Below, piece after piece: positions 12,601 through 25,500 of a stretch of DNA of 64,000 bases. Below the pieces are notes generated by a model. It worked only from the letters and a program-made list of their open reading frames with translations, ran no database searches and was not told where the DNA came from. The DNA is from Paraspadella gotoi (lineage: Eukaryota; Animalia; Chaetognatha). Within the stretch, counting starts at the first letter, position 1; every line of letters starts with the position of its first letter. The stretch is taken from the NCBI GenBank assembly GCA_051294375.1, contig CM119269.1:3730069-3794068 (forward strand), written 5' to 3'. The translations under genes were made by a program, and so were the position numbers.

Positions 12601-15600
12601 GAGGAAACGATGTCGGATCTGTCAACGATAATCTAGCAACAAGCAGCTAACCAGATGATACTTTAAAACAAAACCAAAAATTTCAACCTTTTTATCGTTG
12701 TTTTGAAATAGCTTATCCCATACAGATTCTGTGAGGTTGAGCTGAGTGGGAATATCGATTCCTGAGCCGGCACGAACTAGTAATAGAACCACGTCATCTT
12801 GAAAAAAAAATAAATAAAATTGATTAATTTTTAAGCGTATATGGAACAGTGCCTATCAATGAAAGATGAATGAAAATTTGATTGTTGTGAGAAAAAACAA
12901 TATCTGTCCAATATGTAGCTCCGCAGTGACTTTCTTAGCCTGTGTATTTATGACGCACTGCATTGAAATAGGACTAAGCTCTGACGAACAAAGCCAGAGG
13001 TTTTTTTAATATATTCTTATACCGGCCAAGGTAGAATGATGGCAATAATTGTTAATATTAAGTTTCAAAAAAATCCTACCATAAATATAGAGAAAATATC
13101 AACCAAAATCTTTCGGAAAATCCACCCCTTCTTTGGAAGATTTTCGCCCTAGAAGATTTTTACTGAATCTGACTCCCGGTTGAAAACTCTTAGAATTCCG
13201 ATCGTTAGCTGCTCTTTTACTTTTACTTTAAATAAAAATTTCACCAAAATGGACTAATTCACTTTCCATGATCGTATCATATCAAAATAACCAAATGAAA
13301 TGTAAAGAAAAAATTTTTGAGAGCCCTCTCAGACATATGGCTATTGGATTCCTGAATTTGAAGTTTATTGTAAAATCACAACATATGTTAAATGCGTTGA
13401 CATTGTATTGAAGTTGAAGAAATCCCTTTATTTAATATTAAAAAATTGCAGAAAAATATTTTCCGAGCGGACCAGTCCATTTGAATCTGATGGTTTGATG
13501 TCAAAATGATGGTTATTTGTCAAGAGAAAAAAATGCGAGCCAGATGCAACAGGATCGGAATCGAGTGTTTTTACATCTATTTTTACTTGAATTTTTCCCA
13601 GGGGCGTTGACATTATTTGGTAGTCAGATTTTAACGAAAATCTCCATTGAAAAAGTCGTTCCTCGATTTCTAAGAACGACGTAGACTCCTAATTGAAATT
13701 ACGTCTTTTATTCTTTATAGTTTTAGGGTTTACTGAATTTGGCGCAAGAAGTCAATTAGATTTGAGGTTTTTTTCCTGTCTTAATAAATGAGCAACCTAC
13801 TATAGTCAAGTTATGAGCATTTTTAACATATGTGTGACAGACCGATGGAAAGACCGAACGACTGACCAACAGATAGGCCTACCAAAAAGTGAATTATAGA
13901 GTTGTTCTGCAAGTACTCGCGGCACAACTAAAAATCAAACTTCAGTTTTGATCAAGATCGGATTGGGGACGCCGATGACGACAACGACGACGACGATGAC
14001 GACGATGACAACGATTGGGGACGACGATGTTATTTCATAAATTTCATAAATTTCATAATTTTTTTAAATTTTCTTAAATTTTAAATTAAATTTAAATTTT
14101 AATTCTAAATTTTGAGAGGAATCCCATGTGAGAGGTATCCCGTGCGGGAGGAAATACATTGGAGGTATCCCGTGTGGGAGGAATTCTGTATGAGAGAAAT
14201 CCCGTGGGGAGGAATTCCGTGTGGGAGAAACGCCCAGTGGAAGGAAGACCACGGCCAACAAATTTGTTTGATGGATAGAAGTCCGCTGGTGGCGAGTCAT
14301 TAGCAGTGGGATGGAATGCCTAACCTGCCCATCTGGACAGTGACCAGATTCGAAATTTTACCACAACTTATTTATAAAGGTGTTTAAAGTAATTTATCTT
14401 AGTTGTTATTTTCCTTTACCTCACTTTCCCCTTACCTTGATGCATTCTTATAATTTCCTTATCAAAGGTATTTTTGATTTTTTGATTGAGTGACACCTGG
14501 CTTGACAACTCAGAAATCCCGATCAATGTCTCATTATTAAAAGACGTGATTTCAGAAATCTTTGTATCGATCTCGTTGGTTTCATTGTCGATCTTCTCCA
14601 TGTTTTGCGAGAATCCCGCCTTCATGATATCCATCAAGTTTTCCAGGAGATCAGAGTCGTTGTTTCCGCTGCCTAATTTGTTGCCCAATTCGTTGATGGA
14701 AGAATTCAATTCATTGGTTGAGAGCGCCAAGTTTGATGTCAAGGTGATGAGATTCCCGTCTATTTCGTCCGTCTCGTTTCTATGATTGATCCGCATAGTT
14801 TTTGACAAAATCCTGTGCGTCCATCTTCGCATCGAAGTATTATGCAGCTGCTATTCATCAAAATCAATGTGGCGTCGATGTCATTGGTTTTGTTTGTCAA
14901 GGATTGTTGCAGTATTGAGACCGCTGAATCCAATTCAGAAACTTCTTGCGATATGTTAGACTTGATGCCCAAAAACCCAGTATTCATTTCGCCGGTCTGG
15001 TTGAGGATGGCCATATCCAATTTTTCAATTCATGCTATCTCTTTCGTTTCTTCCTTTATTGTTTTATTTAAATCTACTAGACTGTCAGCCAGAATCCTTG
15101 CCTCTCTACTTTGTCTTGCACAGTTGTAATGTTAGACTGTATATACTTTGTTTCCTGTAAAAACTTTTCTTCAGCAGCTGAAATAACTTCAGAAATGTTT
15201 CTAGTTTTCAAATCTATACTAGTATCTAAGTTATCTAGTTTTGCCCAAACCTGATTGTGGTATAGAGAAGTTTTATTGTCCAGCTTTGATAAAGCTAGGT
15301 CTATTTCTAATGTCTCCTTGCTGAAGTTTGTTTGAAGGCTGCCCAAATTTTCATCAATTTCATTTGTTTCATTATTCAGCTTGCTTTCTAGAGCCCTCAA
15401 ACCTCTGCCTATATCATCCGCCTTATTAAAGACTTCCTGATGAACCATATTAAGTTTTCCATCTATTTTTGTTGACCTTTCATCAATTGTATCATTGATG
15501 CTGTTAAGAGAATGTTCAACTTCTTTGAACTCTTCATCAAGTTTCGTGGTCAGATTTGATATCGTCGTGTCAACCTCATTTGTTTCCATCTTGACAACTC

Positions 15601-18411
15601 CGTCCAAATTGACCAAGTCCTTGTCAATTTCGATGGTTTCATTGTCTACTTTTTGGCTCAGTTTCCACAACGATTCATCGATGACATCCGATTTGTTCAA
15701 TAGCTCTTGTCTGGTCATCACGATGGCCTGGTCCAAGTCATTTGTCTTTTCTATCAAGGTCTCATTGATCTTTCTAGAGGATTGGTCCAATTTGTTGGTC
15801 TCGTGGACAACAAGCATCTTCAAACTCATCATCTCTGTTTGGATTTCCTCAGTTTCATTGTAGACCAACTTGTGGAGATTTCCCAGGTTTGTGTCAATCT
15901 GATTTGTCTTCATCATGACTTTATTGGACAATTTGTCAACATTGATGTTGATTTCGTTTGTTTGGTTCATCAATTCTTGACTTTGTTCTTTGACTTTTGT
16001 CAAGTTGGCCAGTAATTGGCTTAAGATGTTCATTACGTCGACCTTGATATCGTCTTTCATCTCTTTCACTGTGACTGAAAGTGAATCCAGATTTGTGCCT
16101 TTGAAGTCTCCGTCCACGTCCCCGTGGAGCTTGCCCAATCGCTAAAATAGAAAAGTATCATTCATTACATTTAATCAACTTCTGTCTTGAATGTAATGTT
16201 CAAGGAGAACTAATGTAAACATCTTTTTGAAAGCTACCATGATGGAAAAAAATTGTCGCGGTTACTTTCCAGCTATTTTTCGGCATTTTAATGTGAGAAT
16301 CGAAAAATAAAATTTACATGTCGAGAAACTTTGGCCTTTTGTGATTCATATGAGCTGTATATCATTTATATACGACAAAAAATACAAGAGTTCCATGCAA
16401 AAGAAAATGAGTTGTCCATAAAAATGCTTCCTTTTTTTTTAATCTTTTTCATATCTACACTTTTTATTTATACTAATTTCCGGGTTTTTTTATTATTTTT
16501 TGAGTTAAACCGTTACTATTAAAAATCCCTACCTTTTCTCAATTTCATGTCAAACGATTATTGCATCATCTCCATTAGGATAGATTCAGGAATAAATATT
16601 AATTCATATGTCTGTAGGGTTCTAATCCTACATGTCAAAAAAGTTGCTGCATTAAAAATACATTAATGCTGTAGATGCTCCATAATATTTTTTTATATTA
16701 TAAAGTATCAATAAAAGTTATAATGCTCCAGGTATTTTTATTTACCTTTGGATGTATTATCAGAACAAAATATCAAACAAGTCCAAAAAAAATAAAAAGC
16801 AAGATTTTGTTGAAATGAAAGACAATGCATCATCACATTATGCAATAACAACTAAAGCCTGGTTTACTTTATAAGGGATCAATCTTTTTCACTGCTTGCC
16901 AAGGACCTTTTTTTGCCTTAAATCTTAAAAAAATATTATGCCAGAGATATAATATTAACAATAATGTGAGTAATCCTCTTAATCAAAAAGAGGTGAAAAC
17001 AGTTGGAGACAACGTCTTTTGGAAGTATTTGATTGTATTAAATAATTTTATGCTGTTGAGAAATAATATTTTTATTCAGTCCTAGGGAGGCCATATTATA
17101 TATTAAAACCTATTTACCTGCCAAAAAATATATTTGACAATGAAATTAACCGACTTTTCCAAACCGCGACAATTTTATTTTCTATCATGGTATGAGTTTG
17201 TATGTGTAATTGTCTACTAAGGTGGGCCAAAATTGAACACTTTTTATAACTAGTTCTCTCAAATTTTTTTTTTTCCTTCTATTATTAAATCGATTTTCAA
17301 TGCAACTTTTTGAATTAGTTCTTTGGGTTGTTGCCATTAAATATTTATTAATATATAACAAATGATAACAAAATTTTTAAAATTTAATTTTTTAAGAACG
17401 GATTCCTATAGAGCTTGAAAAGTTAAATAAAGGTTGGTACTACAATTTTTTAAAATTTTGACAATAAATTGGTTAAAAATAGAAAAAACCTTAAAAAATC
17501 ATCATCATCATCATTATTGGCTGAATTTTATGGTTTTTAAAAATTTTTATCAATAAAACAAAAAAATTTTAAAAAGTTGTATTAATAACCTTTATCTAAC
17601 TTTTAAAGCTCTACCAGAATCTATTAAAAAAAAATTAAAAATTAAAAAAAAATTTTAAACTTTATATAGTAATAAAATAAACTTTCAACGCTTCCATGCG
17701 CTAATCGATAAGATAAATTTTAAAAATTATATATATTTTCATATTCTCTAACAGTCACTTAACCATTATTTATTAGTCGGATCTGCAGATCCCGACTCTA
17801 TAATTCACTTTGTCGGTCAGTCAGTCCGCCTCCTCAATCTTGTCGGGCATTCACTATATCATTTCAGAACATCGAATTATGATAAATTAAGCAAAAAAAA
17901 AAAAACGATGTCCGTCCGTCCGTCCATCTGTCTGTCCCACCTTAGCAAAAAACACCAATCAAACGCGATTGAATGGATGGATTGGAATGAAATTTTGTGT
18001 GTGGGTAGGGAAGTGTGTGATTGAGCTGGATATGAAGTTTTGATGGAATCGTTTGAGTGGAAATGAGTTTAAATGGAAAAAAAACAAAGAACCTGTTTCA
18101 CTAATTGAGTAATTGAGTATGCTTCTTTTTCTTTTTATTTTGAATATAAATGCAAGATGTATTAATTAATCAGTTAATTAATCAATTAGTCAATTAATCA
18201 ATCAATAATTAATTAATCAGTCAATTAATCAATCAAAACAAACATTTCAGATCAAATTAATTAATTGCCTAATTAATTAAATAATTAACTTGAATAAATT
18301 AATTATCAATTAATTAAATAATTAATTAACTTGAATTAATTAATTATTAATTAATTAATTAATTAATTACCGATAATGATCGTGAGCAGATCCGACATTG
18401 TTTGCTCAAAC

Positions 18412-18470
<59 letters not shown>

Positions 18471-18801
18471 CAACCTACAACCATTTTGTCAATGATTTTA
18501 ACTCGAGGAACACTTTTGTATCGTTCTGATAATCAAGTTAATAATCATATTCATAATAACTATAATTGAATCCAGACGTCTTACCACGAAAAACGACTGA
18601 GATAATTACGACCCAACCAAACGCTCCACTTACCTTGTCGAGTTCATCGACCCTGACTGAGAGAAAGATGAGTAGGAGGACGACGACGATGATGCCGACC
18701 ACGGAGACGAGGACAAAGAGCACCTTACCCACGACGGAGGCGTTGGAGCTTTTGCTTACTTTTTCGCTACCTGTCGCGTATGGGTCCTCGGAAGACGGCA
18801 T
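9634..18801 (-). CDS. Type II membrane protein: long N-glycosylated coiled-coil stalk plus C-terminal globular domain of unknown function; large exon has frameshifts and a stop (possible pseudogene or consensus errors)
   Basis: Phase-compatible GT-AG exons 18801-18634 (MPSSED..., TM VLFVLVSVVGIIVVVLLLIFLSV), 16141-~14436 (about 22-aa periodic ETNEIDxxL coiled coil, many NxT/S), 12797-12688 (DDVVLLLVRAGSG...W), 11618-11486 (VRLTFYKD..SLFNG...YNWF), 9944-9851 (PCTGDTGWIMV), 9787-9634 (YPLLLYS..ASWN..VGFADTLVI, TGA). Frame breaks near 15100 and 14850-14780; in-frame TGA near 15030. Confidence 0.75.
10462..10696 (-). mobile_element. tRNA-derived SINE-like element
   Basis: About 235 bp; tRNA-Gly-like head at 10663-10591 with A-box-like TGGTGCCGGAGG and B-box-like GGTTCTAGCCC; near-identical copies elsewhere in the window. 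Confidence 0.7.
10859..11089 (+). mobile_element. tRNA-derived SINE-like element, inverted relative to 10462-10696
   Basis: Reverse-complement match to 10462-10696. Confidence 0.7.
11628..12590 (-). mobile_element. HINE-like element carrying an internal 18-bp tandem array; a second copy starts head-to-tail at 12591
   Basis: Both family termini present (AAACAAGTTTGAGCAAACAACGTCGGATCTGC and GCAGATCCGACTAA); located in an intron. Confidence 0.7.
11829..12359. repeat. 18-bp minisatellite (TTGGTCAACTKGCATAAT), about 29 degenerate units
   Basis: Direct tandem repetition without spacers. Confidence 0.9.
16237..17190. mobile_element. TA-flanked non-autonomous DNA transposon (Tc1/mariner-like target)
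   Basis: About 28-bp terminal inverted repeats CCATGATGGAAAAAAATTGTCGCGGTT / AACCGCGACAATTTTATTTTCTATCATGG, with TA on both sides. Confidence 0.7.
17773..18412 (+). mobile_element. HINE/DINE-1-like element, most complete copy
   Basis: 5' palindrome GTCGGATCTGCAGATCCCGAC, subterminal inverted repeat GTCGGATCTGC (17776) / GCAGATCCGAC (18386), (GTCC/GTCT)n tract, 3' GAGCA..TGCTC stem, no TSD. Confidence 0.7.
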
Positions 18802-18828
18802 AGCGAGATCGGTGAATAAACGAACTAA

Positions 18829-19043
18829 AGAGACAGAATAATCGTTAGCGAGTCAGTGAAAGAACCGTTCTATATAAACATTAAGCAGTCCTTGGGCTTT
18901 GGATCAGCCACGTTACAAGCTTGTTGAGCGTCCCTATTAACTGCTTGGCGGTCGCCGGGCTACAACCCCGGGCCTTTGGGTTGGGTGGCAAATGACTTGC
19001 CTCTGCACAAATAACCGCTGTTAATGGTTGGAGGATTGCCACC
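18829..19043 (-). mobile_element. Diverged copy of the SINE-like element
   Basis: AGAGACAG...GAACCGTTC...CCTTTGGGTTGGG..GACTTGCCTC matches the family. Confidence 0.65.
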
Positions 19044-19441
19044 AGAGTACTATACCTGAGCAGGAAGATCGTTGAAAAAATTCCAAGATGAAGATTGTTA
19101 TATTGGATTTTTTTTGTTAAAACATATAAATGAAAAAAGGCATACTTTGAATTTTAGCCGATGAAATTTTAAAAAAAATAAAAAACTTGTTCTGAATGAA
19201 AATTACTATGACCTCTCGATTTTTCTTCTGCTCGATCTTCTAAAAGGTACTGCACCAAAAAAACTTGTCTAAAGCAAATTAAGGAGGCAAAGCTAACAAA
19301 TGAAAGTGGATGGGCATGTTAATTAAATATTAACTGTAGCTAGAAAAACAAATTTATTGAGAGAGAGAGGAATAAATCGTAAAAAACTTGATCAGCATCT
19401 TCTTTCCCCCCATTGTGCTCTAACAAATCCATCCACTCTAG

Positions 19442-21710
19442 AACGACAACGAGAATCTGCCGCGGCCCGTCGAAGCCTCCAAATTCGACCTGCGCAGCTG
19501 GAAGCCTCTGTCTCCAAGATGCAGCAGCAGAACTAGGAGCAGCGGCGGACGCTGCGGCTGCCATTGTTCAAGAACACAGAAGGATACGCGAGAGAATTCT
19601 GCAAGGAGTACGTCCACAAAGTCAAGAAGATGAACGAGAGGCTGACGAAAGAGTTAGAGGATATGAAGGGTGAGGAATCGTTCAATCGATCAATCAATCA
19701 ATAGATCAATCAATCAATAAACGAATCAATAAATACATTAATCAGGCTATCGATCAGTAAATAAACGGAAAAAAATAAATTTAATGAATATTAATAAATA
19801 TTAAAACAATACTCTCTCTTAGCTTTTAACCTGATATATCAATTGTTATAAAATTCTTTGACATAATACTTTCTTTGATGCAGCCAAGGGAACTAAATAA
19901 TTATAGACTTACAGAAAGTAAACCGTCGTAAACCTAACTGAACTTAATTAACTAGATTTAAAAAAAACAAAACATAAACTACATACAATTGCTCTTGTGC
20001 TTCATATTAAGTAAGATTCGTCAAATACGGAGTGATTTTCGATTTCGCCTCCAACTTAAGTGACGCGTCTGTTAACGGGATTCTCGAAGAGAGGGCGTCG
20101 TCATCTCCTCCAAAATCGAAGAGAGGGGATTCGTCATCTCCTCCCAAAATCGAAGAGAGGCGTCGTCATCTCTCCAAAATTCGAAGAGGGGCTCGTCATC
20201 TCCTCCAAAATCGAAGAGAGGGCTCGTCATCTCTCCAAAATCGAACGAAATTTGAAAAGTTAAAGAAAAAAATAAAAGGGTAAATAAAAAAGTAAAGAGA
20301 GAAAATAACCCGAAGCGCAAAACAAGATGGCGGACGAGAGCCAAAGAGCCTCTTAATTCGGGAGGCGACGAAAGAAGAGAAAATATCGCCGAGGACGAGA
20401 AGGGAATTCGGGAGAGCGAGTGAACGAAGGATGAGTGACGAGTGAATGAAGGCTGAGTAAATGTGTGGAAGGTTGGTAGGGACGAGTGAATGAGGGATGA
20501 ATGAATGAAGGGGGGTTAAAGAGAGAGAGAGGGATGAATGACTCGTGAATGAATGTGGGAACGGCCTTGTGAACGAAGGACGGATTAATGAATGAATTAT
20601 GAATAAGGATGAGAGAAACGAGTAAAGACTTGTGCTAATGTGTTAAAAGGATGAATGGACAAATGAACGAATGAATGAGCGAAGGATGCACGATGAGAGA
20701 ATTTAAGAGGATAGAGGCAGCAAGCGAACTCACAAAACCATGCATGAATTATATATAAGGACACATCACACGAAATATTGATAAAAAAAATTAATGGAAC
20801 GGAAAAAAAAAGAAGTTAATTCGCTAAAAAAAATTGTTTTTTAATATGAAACAAAAAAGCAGCCTCGAACCAGCGACCTTCCGAGTAAAAAAGTCTTTCA
20901 ATAAAAAACAAACTCCTCCCCTCCTCGATCACAAAAAAAGAAAAGAAAAGAAAAGAAAAGAAAAGAAAAGAAAAGAGAAGAAAAGAAAAGAAAAGAAAAG
21001 AAAAGAAAAGAAAAGAAAAGAAAAGAAAAGAAAAGAAAAGAAGAGAAGAGAAGGATCGAAATTAGGCGTTACCCGCGACGCGCGCCACCTACCAAAACAT
21101 CCCCAGTCCCTTTTGTCAGGAAAAGAGAAAACCATTAAATCCTTTTTTATTTTCCTTTCGAGAGAGGAACACAGTCATGGGGGCGGACTCAGATTAGGAG
21201 TCCATTTTTTTTGTTTTTGCAGATCTTCAATGGAACCTGGCCTTCGCAGTCTTGGAGAGGATTCAGGAATCGTCTGGACCGTCTGTGCTGGAACCGCGCG
21301 ATACCGAAAAAGGTTTTCCGTTCAAACCGCCGAATGTTTTTAAGAAATCCCACACATCCTAAGATGTAATATGTAATATGTAACGACCGAAGCTGATCCT
21401 TTTACGATCAGCAAAAGAGGATGAGAGAGAGAGAGAGGATCAATGACGCGATCAGGTTTTCAAGCTTCAGTTTGCTATCGTTGGATTCCTGTCGCACCTG
21501 CATCCAAAGAATGACGCGCGCGCGCTCGATATCCAATAACTTTGGATATTGTTGTAATGCAGCGGCGTTTTCCGTGCAGTGCTCACCCTTCTGGAGTTAT
21601 CTATTTCGTTTAAGATTTTCATCGAGTCTTTAGAGATCAAGATAGACTAGTGAGGTAAAAGCAAAAGGCAAGCATCGGTAATGATAGAACAAAACCAATG
21701 GATCACTCAG
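19442..21710 (+). pseudogene. Exon-like segments of a disrupted coiled-coil-type gene
   Basis: 19442-19669 (ctctag/G|gtgagg, phase 1-1) reads ERQRESAA...QQQN*EQRR...KKMNERLTKELEDMK with one TAG. About 21223-21311 (ttgcag/G|gt) is also phase 1-1. About 21580-21710 ends CAG|gtaagt but contains stops. Confidence 0.35.
20084..20245. repeat. About 32-bp tandem repeat (TCGAAGAGAGGGCTCGTCATCTCCTCCAAAA), about 5 units
   Basis: Direct tandem units without spacers. Confidence 0.85.
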
Positions 21711-22572
21711 GTAAGTCGGCTTAGCCACTAATCAAATGAACGTATGAACCAATAACCATTCAAATAAACAAACTACAAATAAACCTATAAATTAAACCGT
21801 ATAATAACCGTATAAACCCCGACGGATGGCCAACTAACATTAATCAAATCTTATGAAATAGAATCATGATTTATTCAAAGCAATGAAATAACAATACTTA
21901 TTGTTTGTATGACAAACACGATGTCTTATATTTTTAACACAGCTTTACAAAAGGCGAATAGAACGACGGATCTGACGAGGTTTGTCCAACAGTTGCAATT
22001 TATTTTGACCCTTTATTTTTTGTAAGGCTCAAATCTTTATTTTTCTTTATTCTTTAATAGGAGTTTTTACCTTGGCTTTTTAACGTAGAAAATAAAAAAA
22101 AACTGGGACATTGAAACGGTTTTTTATATTTTTTCTGGCCTTTTTTTTTTCTAAAAACCTATATACTTACATGTATTGGCTGAGGCTTAAGCATTATCTG
22201 TTCAACATACTTATATTTGATTTAATTTAGTTGGAGCACATCACTACCAAGAAGCGAAAGGTGGGTTCTTGACACCGTTTTTATAAGAAAAATGGTTGTC
22301 CTGTCTGTCCCATACTTATTGTTTGGTTGGAAATGCGAATAAAAGTCAAGGAGCATCGTTTTCTTATGCATTCAAAATCTCACATCGTGAGCGAGTTTTT
22401 TGCTCCGGGCTAGAATGTATAAAAAAAAGACAGATTATTAAAGACAGATGAAAGATTAAGGCGTGTTAATGTTAGCTTTATCTTCCTCAGTTAGACTATC
22501 TTTCTCAAACTCTCTCTCGAGATTGACCATGGGTCTGCGGAATCTCTTACACACTAATGAATCAACTTTCAG

Positions 22573-25500
22573 AATCTAGAATCGTCACTCACGCACGTGT
22601 TGATCGAAGCCGCGCTCAAAACCCACGAATCCAACGTTTCTTCCTCGTGGAGCGCCCGAAGGGAGTGCGCTTCGCCGCGCTCCAGCCATCTCTGCCACGC
22701 CTTCAATCGCGTTGCCTCTGTCCAATTCGGCGAGGATTTGGAACTGGAGCTCGAAGGTCACGCCGGATTTTCTTTGAAGGTCAAACCGCCGGCCTCCGCC
22801 GCGCCGCACGCGCGGATCTTTTCCTCGCAACACTCACGAACTTCCGCCGCGTCTCTTCCGTCCTCCGAGTGTGGGTCGTAACGCTCCTGCCGAATCTTTA
22901 CCGACCTCGCGGAGCGAATTTCGCAAACTCGTCAGGTCGGAGCGACGACGAGACGACGATCCGATTTTCATCGAGGACGATTCCCAGCTTTGATGCCGAG
23001 GAAATCGGCGATCAAGTGGAGCGGAACTGCCGACCGCCGATCTTATTCTCGCGATGGCGGCGGCACCGTCGCAACCGTGCCGTAAAACTACTGACGTCGA
23101 CGCAACGATCTGTCCTGGAATCGAGTCTAAATTCACCCGCCAGGGAAATTCACAGATGACGTGGGAGTTCATCGTTCGCGCCGACCGAATCAACCGACTT
23201 TTCCAAAAACTCCGTCGCTCGACGCGTCCTCGATTCGCTCCTCTGCGACGTCGGGCGCCGCAGCCGCGCGCGAATCTATCTGAGGGTCCTTCGTCTTTTT
23301 CGCCTCAGGCTCCTTTGAGGCGGGAAGGTGCAGGAGAAATGAGCGGGAAAGATCCAGGCTCTGCGATTACAAGGTTAAGTGTAGGCCTTGGGAGGCGGAA
23401 AAGCTAGAATTTTGTGGGGGAATGTGCCGTAACTCTAGATTTCGAGCGCTTTTTGACAATCCGAACTGGTCGCGAGAGAGAAAAAGTTAAAAAAAAAGGC
23501 TAATAGGGGACTCCTCCAAGGATAATCTCTTTAAGTTAAAGTTTAACTGCTGTTTTTATTAATAATCCAATTTATCAATCTTAACTTTCCTCCAAGGAAA
23601 GACTCACGCCTACCTCGACGCCCGCTCTCCCTCTCCAAACGCTTCTTGCTCAGCGATGCCAACCTCATAAGGGTACTTAGAGGGCGGTCAAGGATGGAGC
23701 AGAAGCGACGACCGCGCTTTATCGCCTTCAAGGTTCACATGCGCATTCCAAGATGAAGCATGGGTTCGGCACAACGTTATATCGTTTCCGACGCCCAACA
23801 CTGATCTCGAGAAGCCTGACCCGTTGACGCCAAATCGAATGAATAACGATATTACAACTAAGAAAAAAACAAAAAAGGAGGTCATTAAACCTGTAAATCT
23901 ATTGTGCCAAATAAGAAAAATTTATCAAACAAATGAAAAGAAAAATTATTGAACGCTTTTTAAAAATTTTCAAAACATTGCTTAAAAAAACACTTTAAAA
24001 CTATTTCTCAAAATGCTATGCAAAACCAGTTACAAAAACTCGGCCATTCGCTAGAAAAAATTCTTCAATGGAGCAAAAAAACCTTGTCCAAAAGCACTCT
24101 AATTTTTCTTTACTATTACAAAGAGTTGAACGAATGCTCATTAACAACTCTTTGGTTTCTGCTTCACAACCTTTCTACGTTCTGAGATCACCAAAGAAAA
24201 AAATAAGATTGTTAAGGAATATCCCTATTTCGAACTGATTTTTTATTAAAATTACTCTCAAAATTTATGCAGCGGGATGCTCGCTGATTCACTACCTGTC
24301 ATTTTATCGAGCTAATTACAATTTTTTAAATTGTTCTTATCATAAGCACTCCTTTTTTTTTTAGTTTTTCAATTATTAGGACAAGCTAATATAGGCAGTG
24401 ATAGGAATCTTCCATCTTGCCAATAATATTTTGGCACAAATAAGCAAGTTCTTGGAAATTGCTTTAGTCAGCCAGCTAGAATTATCTGCGAATAAAGCTA
24501 GAGCATCATCTCTCAAGAACCAAAGGTTTAATGGGCCAATAAAAAAAAACCAATATAATCTGTAACATGCCTTAAAAACTTAATACAAAATTTGTTCATT
24601 TGCCTCGATTTTAACAAATACGATTTGTCGACAATTTGGCGATATTTTACCATTCATGTTTAAGTTTCACAACATCTTTGTGAGAATTAGTTTGGAAGTT
24701 GTTAATAATAATGATTAAACATTAAAATTTATACACAAAGTATATATATCTGAGTCTATCTTCAACTCAGTAAAAGTACGGCAGTGGTTTCTTTCGTATC
24801 ATCGGATTTGGCTGACGGGGTGCTGACGAGGCTGAGTTTTTTCCCTTCGTCTCTCGTTTTAATACTTTACTGTTTTTGCTTCGACGATTGTGTTTTTTTT
24901 TTGGTTTTTTTTTATTTATTTACAATTATTGGCTTCTTTTCGCGTCGTTTTTGTTTTGTATGGCGGATGTTACATGAATATATATCCTTTTATTGAAATT
25001 AAAGTATGCTTTTTATCAAGTTAAAGTTTAAAATAATTTACCACTTAATTTATTGGATTATTATTTGCTAGATTTATCTTCCCATTATTTTTTTCTGTTT
25101 TTGAGCCTTTCTCTACCTCAAGCCACGCCCATTTCCTGCTCCTCCTCCTCCAAATGGACTCATGCCCCGCGGAAATTTCCTCGCCAGATCTTCTCCTTCC
25201 TCGGCTGTGGACACCTCGTCTCGGCGGGGGAAGTCCTGCCGCAAATGGCGCCGCCTCCTTGAACACTCGAGCCTTTTATTGGCAGAGTCGATTGCGCCGC
25301 CTGGTGGAGAAAGAGGGGATACAGGTATGGAGAGGAGTTGGGAAAAACTCTGATAGCCGATGACGACGAACGACGACGGCCACCGACTCAAACTCGACAC
25401 TCCACTTGTCGCTCCGCCTCCTTGCGTCTTCCGCTCCGCCGCCGTTCGCCTCCAGCCCGCCTGACTGCTTTGCCCCCAAACGGCTCCGCCTCCACCGTTC

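Noticed and set aside
14064-14340. Extra exon of the type II membrane gene
   Set aside because: No clear donor, it runs into a minisatellite, and the neighbouring exons are already phase-compatible.
20084-20245. About 32-bp repeats resembling CRISPR repeat length
   Set aside because: Units are contiguous with no unique spacers, there are no cas genes, and the context is eukaryotic.
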